DNA from: Candidatus Cloacimonadales bacterium | GTDB taxonomy: Bacteria > Cloacimonadota > Cloacimonadia > Cloacimonadales > JAIOQZ01 | Reading direction: 5' to 3' | Assembly (NCBI GenBank): GCA_963665815.1 | Contig: OY762463.1 | Span: 832,001 to 896,000 of the forward strand | Length of the DNA stretch: 64,000 nucleotides | Shown here: positions 11,116-21,581 of the stretch, one piece after another | How the letters are laid out: the number at the start of each line of letters is the position of its first letter | Position numbering within the stretch: position 1 is the first letter of the stretch | The notes under the pieces: model-generated | Database searches by the model: none | Told to the model about the DNA's origin: nothing | Seen by the model: the letters and a program-made list of their open reading frames with translations, nothing else | Translations under genes and position numbers: made by a program

Positions 11116-13971
11116 ATGAAAAAGTTTCTACTTTTTTCAATTATATTGCTTTTAAGCAGCTTAACTTTGCTGGCAGTTCCAAATCATCCGTCAGTTATAA
11201 AAGAATTGCTTGAAAACGGGAAAAGAGATTATCAAGATCTCATACAGCAGGGAGAGCTGGATAGTCCGTCAAGACTTGAACGTGTACCTTATCAGGTTGG
11301 TGATACACAGTCATTCTGGAAATGGAATCTGTCTGTTATGCCTCCTACTAACGTTCTTGCACCAGCAACATGCCGGGCTGTAGGAGATCATTGTTACTTG
11401 TTTGTTGCTGATTCAGAATGGAATGTACATATGGATCAGACCGATGTTGATTCCATAATGACGTATCTTGAGGAAAAAACACTTAGGGACACTGTATATG
11501 GTGCAATTGAAATGGATACACTTCATTTCGGTCAGATTCCGGATGTTCATGACAACGATCCTAAACTCATTGTTTTCTACTCAGCATTACAAAATTTTAA
11601 CGGTTCATCATTTGACGGATATTTCAGTGTATACAACCAGATGACAGATGCTCAGGCACAGATGTACAATCAAAGATCCAACGAATGCGAAATGATTTAC
11701 ATGACATGTCATCCCCTTGATCCTTCAGCTCATATAAGGATTTCTGTTCTGTCTCATGAGCTGCAGCATCTTATTCACTGGGGAGCAGACAACGATGAAG
11801 AAACATGGGTAGATGAAGGTGTAGCTGAATATGCAATGCATTTGTTTGGCATGCCAGATCCCATAACTGATTTCAATCATACCCCTGATAACAGCCTAAC
11901 ATCCTGGGATCAGCATTTCAGTGATTATGTTCAGACATATTTGTTTATGGAATATCTTGCTGAAAACTTTGGTGGACCTTCCATAATGCACGATATAGTT
12001 CAGGAGCAACAGAATAGTATAACAGGGATTCAACAGGTATTGATAGATAGAGGATACATGATTCCTGTTCAAGCGGTATTTTCTAACTGGACTGTAGCGA
12101 ATTTCACAAACGATTATCAGGAAATTGATTTACCTGAATTTGACTGTTCTTATGTACATAACAGTCTCCCCGGATCAAATTCATCCACTGTTGAGGCATG
12201 GTCATGCAATTACATCAAACCTGTCTCAGATAGTGATATACTTTTCACATTCACAGCAAATCAAAACCTGGATATAGTTATAATTAAGAAAATGCTTGAT
12301 GGCACATACGCAACTGAACAGGGAATAATAAATTCTCAAACCGGCAGTATACTGGTAGCAAATCCTGATTCAGTAGACTTCATTGTTTTCGATGTAGTTA
12401 ACACAAATGACAGTCAGGTTTCTTATTCCTATACATTAGCAGAGGAAATTGCAGATGAACAGAGAAACTTCAATGTGTACAGCTATCAATCCAATAACTA
12501 TACACAGATATCTGCAACAAAGAGAGCTTCAGGAATGCATTGTAATGTATTTGTTGAAGATAATATCTGGCTGAACAGTGTAGACCAGACAGATGCTGAT
12601 CTTCTCAGAAGAGTGTTTGAAGACTCAACTTCAGCAGATCCGCAAGCTGGTATATATGATATCGATACTGCATTATTCGGTGTACCGTCAGATATTGATG
12701 CAAACGGAAAAGTAAACATTCTGGTTTATGATATTGATAATACTGAAATTAACGGTTACTTCTCCCCTATGGATTTGATGGACACTCCAAACAGCAATCA
12801 TATGGAGCTCTTGTACATTGATGACAATCCTCATCAGTCAGGCGTAAACAGCAGTTATTGCTTTTCAACTCTTACACATGAGTTTCAACATCTGATCCAC
12901 CATAATCATGACAATGACGAAGAGACTTGGGTAAATGAAGGACTCTCAGCACTTGCCCAGGACGTTTCGGGATGGATAAGTACAGGCTGGATGATGGCAT
13001 ATCTTATTGATCCGGATAACAACCTGACACAATGGGATGCAGGAGCAGATTACCCGCAAACCTTTATGTTCATGAGATACTTGTATGAACATTACAATCA
13101 GGATGGAAGAATAATAGAACATCTTGTAAATGCTCAGGACAATGGAATAGATGGAGTAAACTCAGCTCTGACAGCATCTGGATATCAGCAACCGGTTTCC
13201 GCTGTAGAAGTATACAATTCCTGGCTGATTGCAAATTACGTAAATGATGCAGACTTTGAGAATGGTAGATACAGCTATGAGACTTATCCTGTAGCATCAA
13301 GCATGTACCGGTTATCACATACAGGTGAATACAACACATATCCTGTGAATAACTACTCAGGCACTGTTAAAAATTGGGGAGTTGATTACATTGAATTCAC
13401 AAATCTCGATAATGATTTAAAAGTAATGTTCTTTGATACACCTGCAAGCTCAGATCATCATATACAGTTTATTCGTTTTGAAAATGACACACCAATCGAA
13501 GTGTTATATTTTGAACCTGATGATTCAGGTATAACTGAAATTGAAGTTTCATCTCACATCCCGGGAAATGATTCCACTATGTGCAATAAAATAGTAATGG
13601 TAATTTCCGAAACAAGTGATGGAACTGATGATACAGCTTATTCATTCTCTGCTGAATTGATAGCATTATCAGTAGATAACGATGTTCCCAAAAAAACAAA
13701 AAACAGACTAAAAGCCTATCCGAATCCTTTTAATCCTGAAGTGAACATTAGCTTCAGTATGGAGAAAGATGGGCATGCACAAATTGAAATCTACAATCTG
13801 AAGGGACAACATGTGAAAACTTTGTACTCAGATAATGCAGTCAAAGGGAATCATGAAATTCAATGGAATGGTAAAGACGACAATAACAATTCAGTATCTT
13901 CCGGTGTTTATTTCGTAAGAATGAAAACAGTAGATACAACCCTGAATCATAAAATAACATTGCTTAAGTAA
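11116..13971 (+). CDS. Secreted zinc metallopeptidase with two tandem HExxH catalytic domains (M30-like) and T9SS-type C-terminal domain
   Basis: Two homologous blocks: GYFS...SHELQHLIH...WVDEG and GYFS...THEFQHLIH...WVNEG; CTD AYPNPFNPE. Confidence 0.85.
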   Translation: MKKFLLFSIILLLSSLTLLAVPNHPSVIKELLENGKRDYQDLIQQGELDSPSRLERVPYQVGDTQSFWKWNLSVMPPTNVLAPATCRAVGDHCYLFVADSEWNVHMDQTDVDSIMTYLEEKTLRDTVYGAIEMDTLHFGQIPDVHDNDPKLIVFYSALQNFNGSSFDGYFSVYNQMTDAQAQMYNQRSNECEMIYMTCHPLDPSAHIRISVLSHELQHLIHWGADNDEETWVDEGVAEYAMHLFGMPDPITDFNHTPDNSLTSWDQHFSDYVQTYLFMEYLAENFGGPSIMHDIVQEQQNSITGIQQVLIDRGYMIPVQAVFSNWTVANFTNDYQEIDLPEFDCSYVHNSLPGSNSSTVEAWSCNYIKPVSDSDILFTFTANQNLDIVIIKKMLDGTYATEQGIINSQTGSILVANPDSVDFIVFDVVNTNDSQVSYSYTLAEEIADEQRNFNVYSYQSNNYTQISATKRASGMHCNVFVEDNIWLNSVDQTDADLLRRVFEDSTSADPQAGIYDIDTALFGVPSDIDANGKVNILVYDIDNTEINGYFSPMDLMDTPNSNHMELLYIDDNPHQSGVNSSYCFSTLTHEFQHLIHHNHDNDEETWVNEGLSALAQDVSGWISTGWMMAYLIDPDNNLTQWDAGADYPQTFMFMRYLYEHYNQDGRIIEHLVNAQDNGIDGVNSALTASGYQQPVSAVEVYNSWLIANYVNDADFENGRYSYETYPVASSMYRLSHTGEYNTYPVNNYSGTVKNWGVDYIEFTNLDNDLKVMFFDTPASSDHHIQFIRFENDTPIEVLYFEPDDSGITEIEVSSHIPGNDSTMCNKIVMVISETSDGTDDTAYSFSAELIALSVDNDVPKKTKNRLKAYPNPFNPEVNISFSMEKDGHAQIEIYNLKGQHVKTLYSDNAVKGNHEIQWNGKDDNNNSVSSGVYFVRMKTVDTTLNHKITLLK

Positions 13972-13994
13972 AATCAAAAGTTCCCTTTTGCATA

Positions 13995-14030
13995 AGACAG
14001 GCTATTGATTTTTCTGCAATAGCCTGTTTT
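13995..14030 (+). terminator. Rho-independent terminator
   Basis: ACAGGCTATTG...CAATAGCCTGT followed by T residues. Confidence 0.7.
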
Positions 14031-14181
14031 CATATATAAATCTTCCCTGTATGTAATACATATTAACTACATTAGATATAAAAAAAGCCATATTAATGAA
14101 CAAATATTTTTGTTTAAGATGAATTGGTATTAAATTATTAATGATGATTTATTCATCCCAAAAAGTCACATGTGAGGAATT

Positions 14182-16059
14182 ATGCATATTATTACAGCTC
14201 TTGAAAACAGCAGTTTTATGAAAAAGTTAACCGATTCTGTGTCCTATTTTAAAGATGAAGTAAGTTTACACTCATTTAATGAAATTGATTCAATGGAAAC
14301 TTACAATGGAAACCAAGGTATTACTTTTATTGATTTCAGTAATTTTGAGATTCTCAATGAGGAACTACAATCTACATTCATCATTTTAGTTCTTCCTGAG
14401 AATGTTATAATTCCTGAACCTATATCCAAAATAAAGCGAAATTTTGATTCTGTAATAGATGATTCCATTTCCATAACATCACTTAAATCACTAATAGATA
14501 ATCATCTGAGATTCAGTTATATAAGAAAGAGCAAATCCATAAAAACATGGTTTGATACACTTCCAATTGGCTTATTCAGATTATGCCTTGAGCCAGACGA
14601 GAAGGTTGTTTATTTGAATAATAAGATTTTGTCAATGCTTGGATACACTTTTGAAGAGATACATAATCTGAAACTCTGTGATTTTTTTGATGATTCGGAG
14701 CTAAGAGAAAATCTCAGAGAGATAATATATAGAGATAAAAAAATCAGTAATGTCGAAATGGAAGTTAAGCGAAAGAATGGAAGTAGAACATGGGTTAAAT
14801 GGTCAGGTACTCTCAGAGAAATTGACCAGCAATTGTTTCTTGATGGTGCAGTTGAAAACATAGACGAACTGATTAGTCTGCGTAAGGAACACAAAGGACT
14901 TGAAGATCAGTTAAAAAGATCTCAAAAACTTGAAGCAATAGGTGTTTTAACTGGAGGTATAGCTCATGATTTCAATAATATTTTAACTCCAATAATGGCT
15001 TATTCTGAAATGGCAATGTACAAACTTTCTCCATCAAACATTATATACAAAGATTTGAAGGAAATAGAATACGCATCCAGGAAAGGGAAGAAATTGATTT
15101 CACAGCTAATGAGTTTCAGCAGGAAAACAGAAAGTGTAAAACAGGTTTCGCAATTGAAACCAATAATTAAGGAAGCGATAGACCTGATAAGAGCTTCAAT
15201 TCCCTCAAATATTGAGTTAATTACTCTTTTTGATCGTGATTGTGGATATGTTATGGCAGAACCCACAAAAATTCATCAGGTAATTGTCAATTTCTGCACA
15301 AATGCATCTCATGCAATTGATGGGCAAAATGGGAAAATCAGAATTAAACTTGAAAAAAAGAAGCTATTTGAAGATGACTTAGTTGCATTTGATAAACTGT
15401 TGAAAGGAGTTTACAATATTATAACCATAGAAGACTCGGGAAAAGGTATTCCTGCTGAACACCTCCAACATATTTTTGATCCATTTTATACAACTAAAAC
15501 AGAAGATAAAGGTACAGGACTTGGATTATCAGTAGCAAAACGAATAATTCATAATCATAATGGTGAAATTTCTGTTTCCAGCAACTTAAAAAAAGGTACA
15601 ACCTTTAAGATATTTCTACCTACAGTAAAGTATAAGGCTAAAAATGTGGAAAAAGACAATGATGTTCACTTTATGAAGGGAAATGGAGAAAATATTCTTG
15701 TAATTGATGATGATGTTTCAGTGACAAAAGCTCTAAGAAGAACATTGGAATTTATGGGATATCATGTGACTCAGTTAAATAACAGCTTCATTGCTCTTGA
15801 TAAACTCAAGTCTGCTGAGGTATCTTTTAAACTAGTAATTTCAGATTTTATGATGCCTGAACTGAATGGGATTCAACTTTCTCATGCAATAAGAGAATTT
15901 GATACTGATACTCCGATAATAATTTTAACAGGTAATGAAGAAAAGATAAACAATTCAGAATTGGAGAAGTGCAATATTTCTGATGTTATACGAAAACCTG
16001 TTTCGATTCAGGGCTTGTCAAATGCACTCTACAAAGCATTAACAAATAAAAAAAGATAA
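14182..16059 (+). CDS. Hybrid sensor histidine kinase (PAS-HisKA-HATPase-REC)
   Basis: GGIAHDFNNIL H-box, NASHA, DSGKG, GTGLGL; C-terminal receiver VIDDD...SDFMMP...RKP. Confidence 0.93.
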   Translation: MHIITALENSSFMKKLTDSVSYFKDEVSLHSFNEIDSMETYNGNQGITFIDFSNFEILNEELQSTFIILVLPENVIIPEPISKIKRNFDSVIDDSISITSLKSLIDNHLRFSYIRKSKSIKTWFDTLPIGLFRLCLEPDEKVVYLNNKILSMLGYTFEEIHNLKLCDFFDDSELRENLREIIYRDKKISNVEMEVKRKNGSRTWVKWSGTLREIDQQLFLDGAVENIDELISLRKEHKGLEDQLKRSQKLEAIGVLTGGIAHDFNNILTPIMAYSEMAMYKLSPSNIIYKDLKEIEYASRKGKKLISQLMSFSRKTESVKQVSQLKPIIKEAIDLIRASIPSNIELITLFDRDCGYVMAEPTKIHQVIVNFCTNASHAIDGQNGKIRIKLEKKKLFEDDLVAFDKLLKGVYNIITIEDSGKGIPAEHLQHIFDPFYTTKTEDKGTGLGLSVAKRIIHNHNGEISVSSNLKKGTTFKIFLPTVKYKAKNVEKDNDVHFMKGNGENILVIDDDVSVTKALRRTLEFMGYHVTQLNNSFIALDKLKSAEVSFKLVISDFMMPELNGIQLSHAIREFDTDTPIIILTGNEEKINNSELEKCNISDVIRKPVSIQGLSNALYKALTNKKR

Positions 16060-16068
16060 GTGTAAAAA

Positions 16069-18843
16069 ATGAAAAAGATACTATTAGCGCTTGATTATGA
16101 AACTTCTTTGCAAATTAAGAGTATCATTGAACCTCATTTTGATGATATACAACTCATTGATGATTATAATATATACAAGAAAACTGAGAAAGATCTTCCT
16201 GATATAATTATTACGGATGAGAATAGTATTAATAATATAGCTGAACTTTGTGAGCTTTCGACAGACACATATCAAGAAAATACTTTTCTGATCATTCTTA
16301 AAAATGTAAATGAGAATTTTGAGTCTCTCGAACTCAACAAGATACCTTTTGAATACAGTGTAATCAAATTCAATGCTATTGATGTTGTTTCCGAAATCAA
16401 ATCAATTTTTAAAAGTAAAAAGAGCATTTCAGACAATTTGAGAAAGAAATACGAACTTGGTAAAACTTTAACCTATCTTTCAGAGTCCTATAAAGACCTG
16501 TATCACTCCATGACAGATTTGCTTTTTGTAATAGCTCCGGATGGGAGCATACTGGATGTAAACAGCAGATCCTGCGAGGTTTTGTGGTATAATCGTGAAG
16601 AGTTGTTAGAAATGAATTTTTCTGATATACTTGATACAGAACTTCTGGACACAGATGAGAATTATTGGGATAATCTCGGGGCAATTAATGAAGTAAAAGA
16701 ATATGAAATTGTTTCAAAATTTGATAAGAAGATACCTGTAGAAATCAATACAACTCTCTTTTCATTTCGAGGAAAGAGAGCAATACTGAAAATAGCTAGA
16801 AATATAATTGATAGAAAAAGAATAGAGAGAGAAAGTCTGAGTAATATTTACAGACTTGAAACCTTCCTACATAATTCTCCGGATGCTTATGCAATATTTG
16901 ATTCAAATATGAAGTATGTGTTATGTAATATGAGTGAAATAAAATTACTGAATCCTTATTCCAAAGTGGTTTCTGAAGCAGACTGCAAAGAATGCAGTTT
17001 TAACTCAGATAGACTTGATTTCAGTTTGCTATCGGAATACAAAGATGTAATGAGGACTGGTATTCCTAAGAAGTTTGAACAGTCTTTTGTGCATCCTTTC
17101 AAGGGAACTGTCCACCTTCAGATAAAAGCATTCAGAATCGGCAATGAGCTTGGTCTTATTGCAACCGATAGTACAGAATTTATAACAGCGAAAAAAAAGT
17201 ATGAAGATTTCTTCAACTACTCTCAGGATCCTCTGATTATAATTTCACCTGAAAATTACAAAGTAATAGAAGCTAATCCTTCGGCATTTTCAGTTTTTAA
17301 AGCAAATAATGAAAATCCAATATTAGAACGTACTCTTTTAGAAATAACTCCCATTTTTCAACCAGATGGTAAAAGAACCAATAAACTTCTTTCCGAAATG
17401 TTTAAATATGCGCTAAAATTCGGAAGCATTTATTTTGATCTGCAAATGATTAGAATGGATCAATCAAAATTCTACGCAACCTTAATGCTAAGCAAAGTGA
17501 TTCATGATGAAAAGATTCTGGTGCAGGCAACGGTAAGAGATGTAACGGCAAGAAAAAGGGTTCAGGATGAGTTAAAGAAACTCAGTACAGTCATTGAGCA
17601 AAGTCCAGTATCTGTATTGATTACAGATTCAAAAGGGCTAATCGAATATGTGAATCCCAAATTTTGCGAGATAACCGGTTATAACATAAATGATGCTTTA
17701 GGAAAAAACCCCAGTATTTTACAATCAGGAAAAACTTCGGAAGAAACATATATTGAACTTTGGAATACAATAAACAATGGAAATGTATGGAAAGGAGAGT
17801 TACTGAATAAGAAAAAGAATGGGGAACTATATTGGGAAGATGTTGTAATCTCCCCTGTTCTAGATGGAAATCATAAAATAACTAATTTTCTGGCAATGAA
17901 AGAAGATATTACAAAGCGAAAAAAATATCAATCAGAAAAGAAAGATCTTGAGCAGCAGCTTAACCAGGCTCTTCGCTTAGAATCAATTGGTACTCTTGCC
18001 GCAGGAATAGCTCATGAAATCAACACACCAATTCAATTTATTGGTAATAACACAGGGTTTGTTTCCAAAGCAATGAAAAGAATTTTCAATCTGATTGAAA
18101 AATATCACAATGTTTTATTGAATCAATCCGATTGCATTAAACCCACAGAAATTCTTGAAATGTATAAGCAAATTGATAAAAATTTCAAACTGCAATTCAT
18201 GCAAAAAGAAGTACCGGAAGCAATTTCAGAAACACTTGAAGGAGTCAACAGAGTTGCTAAAATTGTACAGGCAATGAAAAATTTCTCTCATATGGGTTCC
18301 GAGGAAGAGCAACTTGAAAACATTAATGATGCAATTGAAAGTACAGTTATTATTTCTAAGAATGAATGGAAGTATGTTGCTGATGTTAAAACAGAATTAG
18401 AACCTGATCTCCCTAAAGTGAAATGTGTCATAGGTGATATTAAACAAGTTTTATTGAACTTGATTGTTAACTCATCTCATGCAATAAAAGATAAGGTTGA
18501 TGGTGGTATCATAACTAAAGGATTGATAAAGATTAAAACATTTTCAGATAGTGACTCTGTAAATATTATTATATCAGATAATGGTACAGGTATCCCTGAA
18601 CATATACAGAATAGAATTTATGAACCCTTCTTTACAACAAAGGAAGTAGGAAGAGGAACAGGGCAAGGACTTTCAATTGCATATCAATCAATTGTTGAAA
18701 GGCATAAAGGAGAATTATCCTTCAATTCTGTTACAGGAGAAGGAACAGAGTTTATTATCAAGCTCTATATTGATGGCTCAGACAACCAGCTAAACCACAC
18801 ATTAAAACTATATGAGAAACTTGAATGGAGTGATAATGATTAA
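16069..18843 (+). CDS. Cytoplasmic multi-PAS sensor histidine kinase
   Basis: Several PAS/PAC repeats; AGIAHEINTP, DNGTG, FFTTKEVGRGTGQGL. Confidence 0.93.
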   Translation: MKKILLALDYETSLQIKSIIEPHFDDIQLIDDYNIYKKTEKDLPDIIITDENSINNIAELCELSTDTYQENTFLIILKNVNENFESLELNKIPFEYSVIKFNAIDVVSEIKSIFKSKKSISDNLRKKYELGKTLTYLSESYKDLYHSMTDLLFVIAPDGSILDVNSRSCEVLWYNREELLEMNFSDILDTELLDTDENYWDNLGAINEVKEYEIVSKFDKKIPVEINTTLFSFRGKRAILKIARNIIDRKRIERESLSNIYRLETFLHNSPDAYAIFDSNMKYVLCNMSEIKLLNPYSKVVSEADCKECSFNSDRLDFSLLSEYKDVMRTGIPKKFEQSFVHPFKGTVHLQIKAFRIGNELGLIATDSTEFITAKKKYEDFFNYSQDPLIIISPENYKVIEANPSAFSVFKANNENPILERTLLEITPIFQPDGKRTNKLLSEMFKYALKFGSIYFDLQMIRMDQSKFYATLMLSKVIHDEKILVQATVRDVTARKRVQDELKKLSTVIEQSPVSVLITDSKGLIEYVNPKFCEITGYNINDALGKNPSILQSGKTSEETYIELWNTINNGNVWKGELLNKKKNGELYWEDVVISPVLDGNHKITNFLAMKEDITKRKKYQSEKKDLEQQLNQALRLESIGTLAAGIAHEINTPIQFIGNNTGFVSKAMKRIFNLIEKYHNVLLNQSDCIKPTEILEMYKQIDKNFKLQFMQKEVPEAISETLEGVNRVAKIVQAMKNFSHMGSEEEQLENINDAIESTVIISKNEWKYVADVKTELEPDLPKVKCVIGDIKQVLLNLIVNSSHAIKDKVDGGIITKGLIKIKTFSDSDSVNIIISDNGTGIPEHIQNRIYEPFFTTKEVGRGTGQGLSIAYQSIVERHKGELSFNSVTGEGTEFIIKLYIDGSDNQLNHTLKLYEKLEWSDND

Positions 18844-20065
18844 CTCAGGAAGAAATTTGAAAGTAATATTTGTTGACGATGATCTGGCAATGCTTGAATC
18901 CACAAAGAGATTGTTCTTTGATATGGACGAGTGGGATATGGAGTTCTACGAATCCGGTGCAGAAGTAGTGAAAAGAATAAAAGAAGAATTCATAGACATT
19001 GTTGTAAGCGATATGAGAATGCCAGAGATGAATGGTGCTGAACTTCTTGATATTGTAAAGAACTTATCTCCCGGTACAATCCGAATAATCTTGTCCGGTT
19101 ATTCGGACAAAGAAATGATTTTGAAGACTGTATACTCTGCTGATCAGTTTATTGCAAAACCTTGCAAACCGGAAACTTTGAAAAAAGCGATAACAAGAAC
19201 AAGAATGACAATTGAGAATGTCTCCCCCGAGGCAATGAAAGAAATTGGTAAAATAACTCGGAAAATACCTACCCTGCCAGATATATACATTGAACTGGAA
19301 AAAAGGGTGAAAAAAGATACATGTTCTATGAAAGATATAGCATGTTTAATTAAGAAAGATATTGGGATAACAGCAAAAATTTTTCAAGTAGTAAACTCAG
19401 CTTTTTTTGGGCACTCTGTTAGAATTAACAATATTGAAATGGCAGTTTCCCATCTCGGTATTGAAACACTTCAATCAATTTTACTTGCCGAAAAGATCTT
19501 TAGAACTTTTTCAAAAAAAGACATTAGTGATTTCGATATTGTAGAAATTTATCAACATTGCTTTCTAGTGAGTATGCTATCTAAAAAAATCACTTCCAGT
19601 CTGACCGACAATGACCATTTAATAAACATATCTTCAATAGCAGGAATGTTGCATGATATTGGAAAACTTTTACTGATAAAAAACAAGCGTGATTATTACT
19701 TTTCTTTGTTTAAACAAGCAAAAACTGAAAATGTTCCATTAATTGTTAAGGAAAAAGAGTTACTGGGTTTTACACATGCAGATATCGGATCCTATTTAGC
19801 AAAAAGATGGGGGCTGGATGAAGAGATATATCATGCATTACTATACCATCACAATCCCCACCACGCCATTACTAAAGAGAAACCAGTAACAATGGCTGTT
19901 TACATGGCAAATTTATTGAGCTATTATGAATATGATAAAATAGACAAATCACATGATTTCGATAAAGGTTTTTTGACAAAACTTGATTTGTTCAAGTATC
20001 TACCGGAATGGAATGATGTTTCCAGAGAAATGAAAGAAATACTTGCCCGAGGTGAAGTATTGTAA
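18836..20065 (+). CDS. Response regulator with HDOD output domain
   Basis: FVDDD...SDMRMP receiver; IPTLP, VVNSAFFG, LHDIGK, GFTHADIG..LAKRWGL; start at MINSG behind GGAG. Confidence 0.92.
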   Translation: MINSGRNLKVIFVDDDLAMLESTKRLFFDMDEWDMEFYESGAEVVKRIKEEFIDIVVSDMRMPEMNGAELLDIVKNLSPGTIRIILSGYSDKEMILKTVYSADQFIAKPCKPETLKKAITRTRMTIENVSPEAMKEIGKITRKIPTLPDIYIELEKRVKKDTCSMKDIACLIKKDIGITAKIFQVVNSAFFGHSVRINNIEMAVSHLGIETLQSILLAEKIFRTFSKKDISDFDIVEIYQHCFLVSMLSKKITSSLTDNDHLINISSIAGMLHDIGKLLLIKNKRDYYFSLFKQAKTENVPLIVKEKELLGFTHADIGSYLAKRWGLDEEIYHALLYHHNPHHAITKEKPVTMAVYMANLLSYYEYDKIDKSHDFDKGFLTKLDLFKYLPEWNDVSREMKEILARGEVL

Positions 20066-20077
20066 GCAGGAGAGATA

Positions 20078-21241
20078 ATGGAATTTGAGAACAGGAAAGT
20101 TCTTTTTGTTGATGATGATCCAAATATACTTAGAGCACTGAAAAGAGATTTGTGGGGAGAATTCAATGTCTTAACAGCTGTTGGAGCATTAGAAGGTTTA
20201 AAAGTTTTAGCAAATGAAAGTCCTGTTGAAGTCGTTGTATCAGATATGACTATGCCAGTGATGAATGGTTTGATTTTCCTCAGAAGAGTTCAGAATGAAT
20301 ATCCCAACTGTATAAGAGTTGTTCTTACAGGTAATGCTGATCTTGATATTGCCGTAAAAGCTGTTAATCAGGGACAAGTATTCAAGTATCTTCAAAAACC
20401 AAGCAATACGGAAAACATAATCAATGTAATCAAAGAAAGCATTGAGAAATACGACCAGAATAAGGCAGAAAAGCAACTTCTTGAAAGTACATTTCAATCA
20501 ACAATTAATGTCCTGATAGATATAATGGCTTTAATCAATCCTGTTTCTTTCAGTAGAACAAACAGAATAAAGTACTTTGTGACTAAATTGGTTAATTTTC
20601 TTAAGCTCCCAAATGCATGGCAATATGAAGTTGCAGCAATGCTGTCCCAGATTGGCAGTGTGACTGTCCCTCCTGAAATTATGGAAAAACTGTATTCAAT
20701 TGAGGAGTTCACTGAAGCAGAAAGCAAAATGCTTAGAAGTATTCCAGAAACAGGATATAATCTAATATCAAAAATTCCTAGAATGAATACTATTGCGTTG
20801 ATTATTGCGAATCAAATGCTTGAATACAAAGCAGATGAGGATCGTATTGAAGATATAACTACTCCTGAGATTATTGGAGGTTATATACTGAGGATTTCAT
20901 ATGATTTTGATTCCTTCCTATCAAAGTGTTTTACACATAGAGAAGCATATTTAGAATTAGAAAGAAACAAAAATGTTTATCATCCCGTACTACTTGATCT
21001 GATTAAGAAAATCAAACCCCCAGAAATGCAAAAAAAGAAAACCATGGTTGCAATCAGGAAACTCATGGTCGGAATGATTCTTGAAAATGATGTAAAAACT
21101 AAACACGGGGTTCTCTTAGCAAAAAAAGGACAAAAAATCTCTTCAACTATGAAAACAATGTTTGAAAATAGATTAACTCATGATGATATTCCGGAAAAAA
21201 TCATGGTTTCTATACATAAAAAAATAAGTATGCATTTTTGA
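20078..21241 (+). CDS. Response regulator with degenerate HD-GYP-like output domain
   Basis: FVDDD...SDMTMP receiver; AAMLSQIG where LHDIG is expected. Confidence 0.85.
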   Translation: MEFENRKVLFVDDDPNILRALKRDLWGEFNVLTAVGALEGLKVLANESPVEVVVSDMTMPVMNGLIFLRRVQNEYPNCIRVVLTGNADLDIAVKAVNQGQVFKYLQKPSNTENIINVIKESIEKYDQNKAEKQLLESTFQSTINVLIDIMALINPVSFSRTNRIKYFVTKLVNFLKLPNAWQYEVAAMLSQIGSVTVPPEIMEKLYSIEEFTEAESKMLRSIPETGYNLISKIPRMNTIALIIANQMLEYKADEDRIEDITTPEIIGGYILRISYDFDSFLSKCFTHREAYLELERNKNVYHPVLLDLIKKIKPPEMQKKKTMVAIRKLMVGMILENDVKTKHGVLLAKKGQKISSTMKTMFENRLTHDDIPEKIMVSIHKKISMHF

Positions 21242-21265
21242 GTTATAAGGGTATGTCTGTTATTT

Positions 21266-21581
21266 TCTATTTCATCAAAACCATTTTTCCTGTTTCAGAA
21301 TAATCCGGTGTCTGCAATTTATAGAAATATACTCCGGAACTAACGGAATTTCCTGTATCGTCTTTTCCACTCCACCTCACAGAATGTTGTCCGGAAGGAT
21401 TAATCTTCCCGTCTATGAGAGTAATTACTTTCTGACCTTTAATATTGTAAACTGTGAGATTAACTTCAACTTCTTCATTTGAATGTCCCTTTAGTGAGAA
21501 CTCTATAGATGTTTCAGGATTGAATGGGTTTGGATAGTTACCCTTTACATTGGTTACTTCTGTATATCTGTTTACATCTGA
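21266..21581. repeat. Copy 1 of a ~316-bp near-identical direct repeat encoding the sorting domain
   Basis: Matches 23107-23422 with about 4 mismatches counted by eye. Confidence 0.92.
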
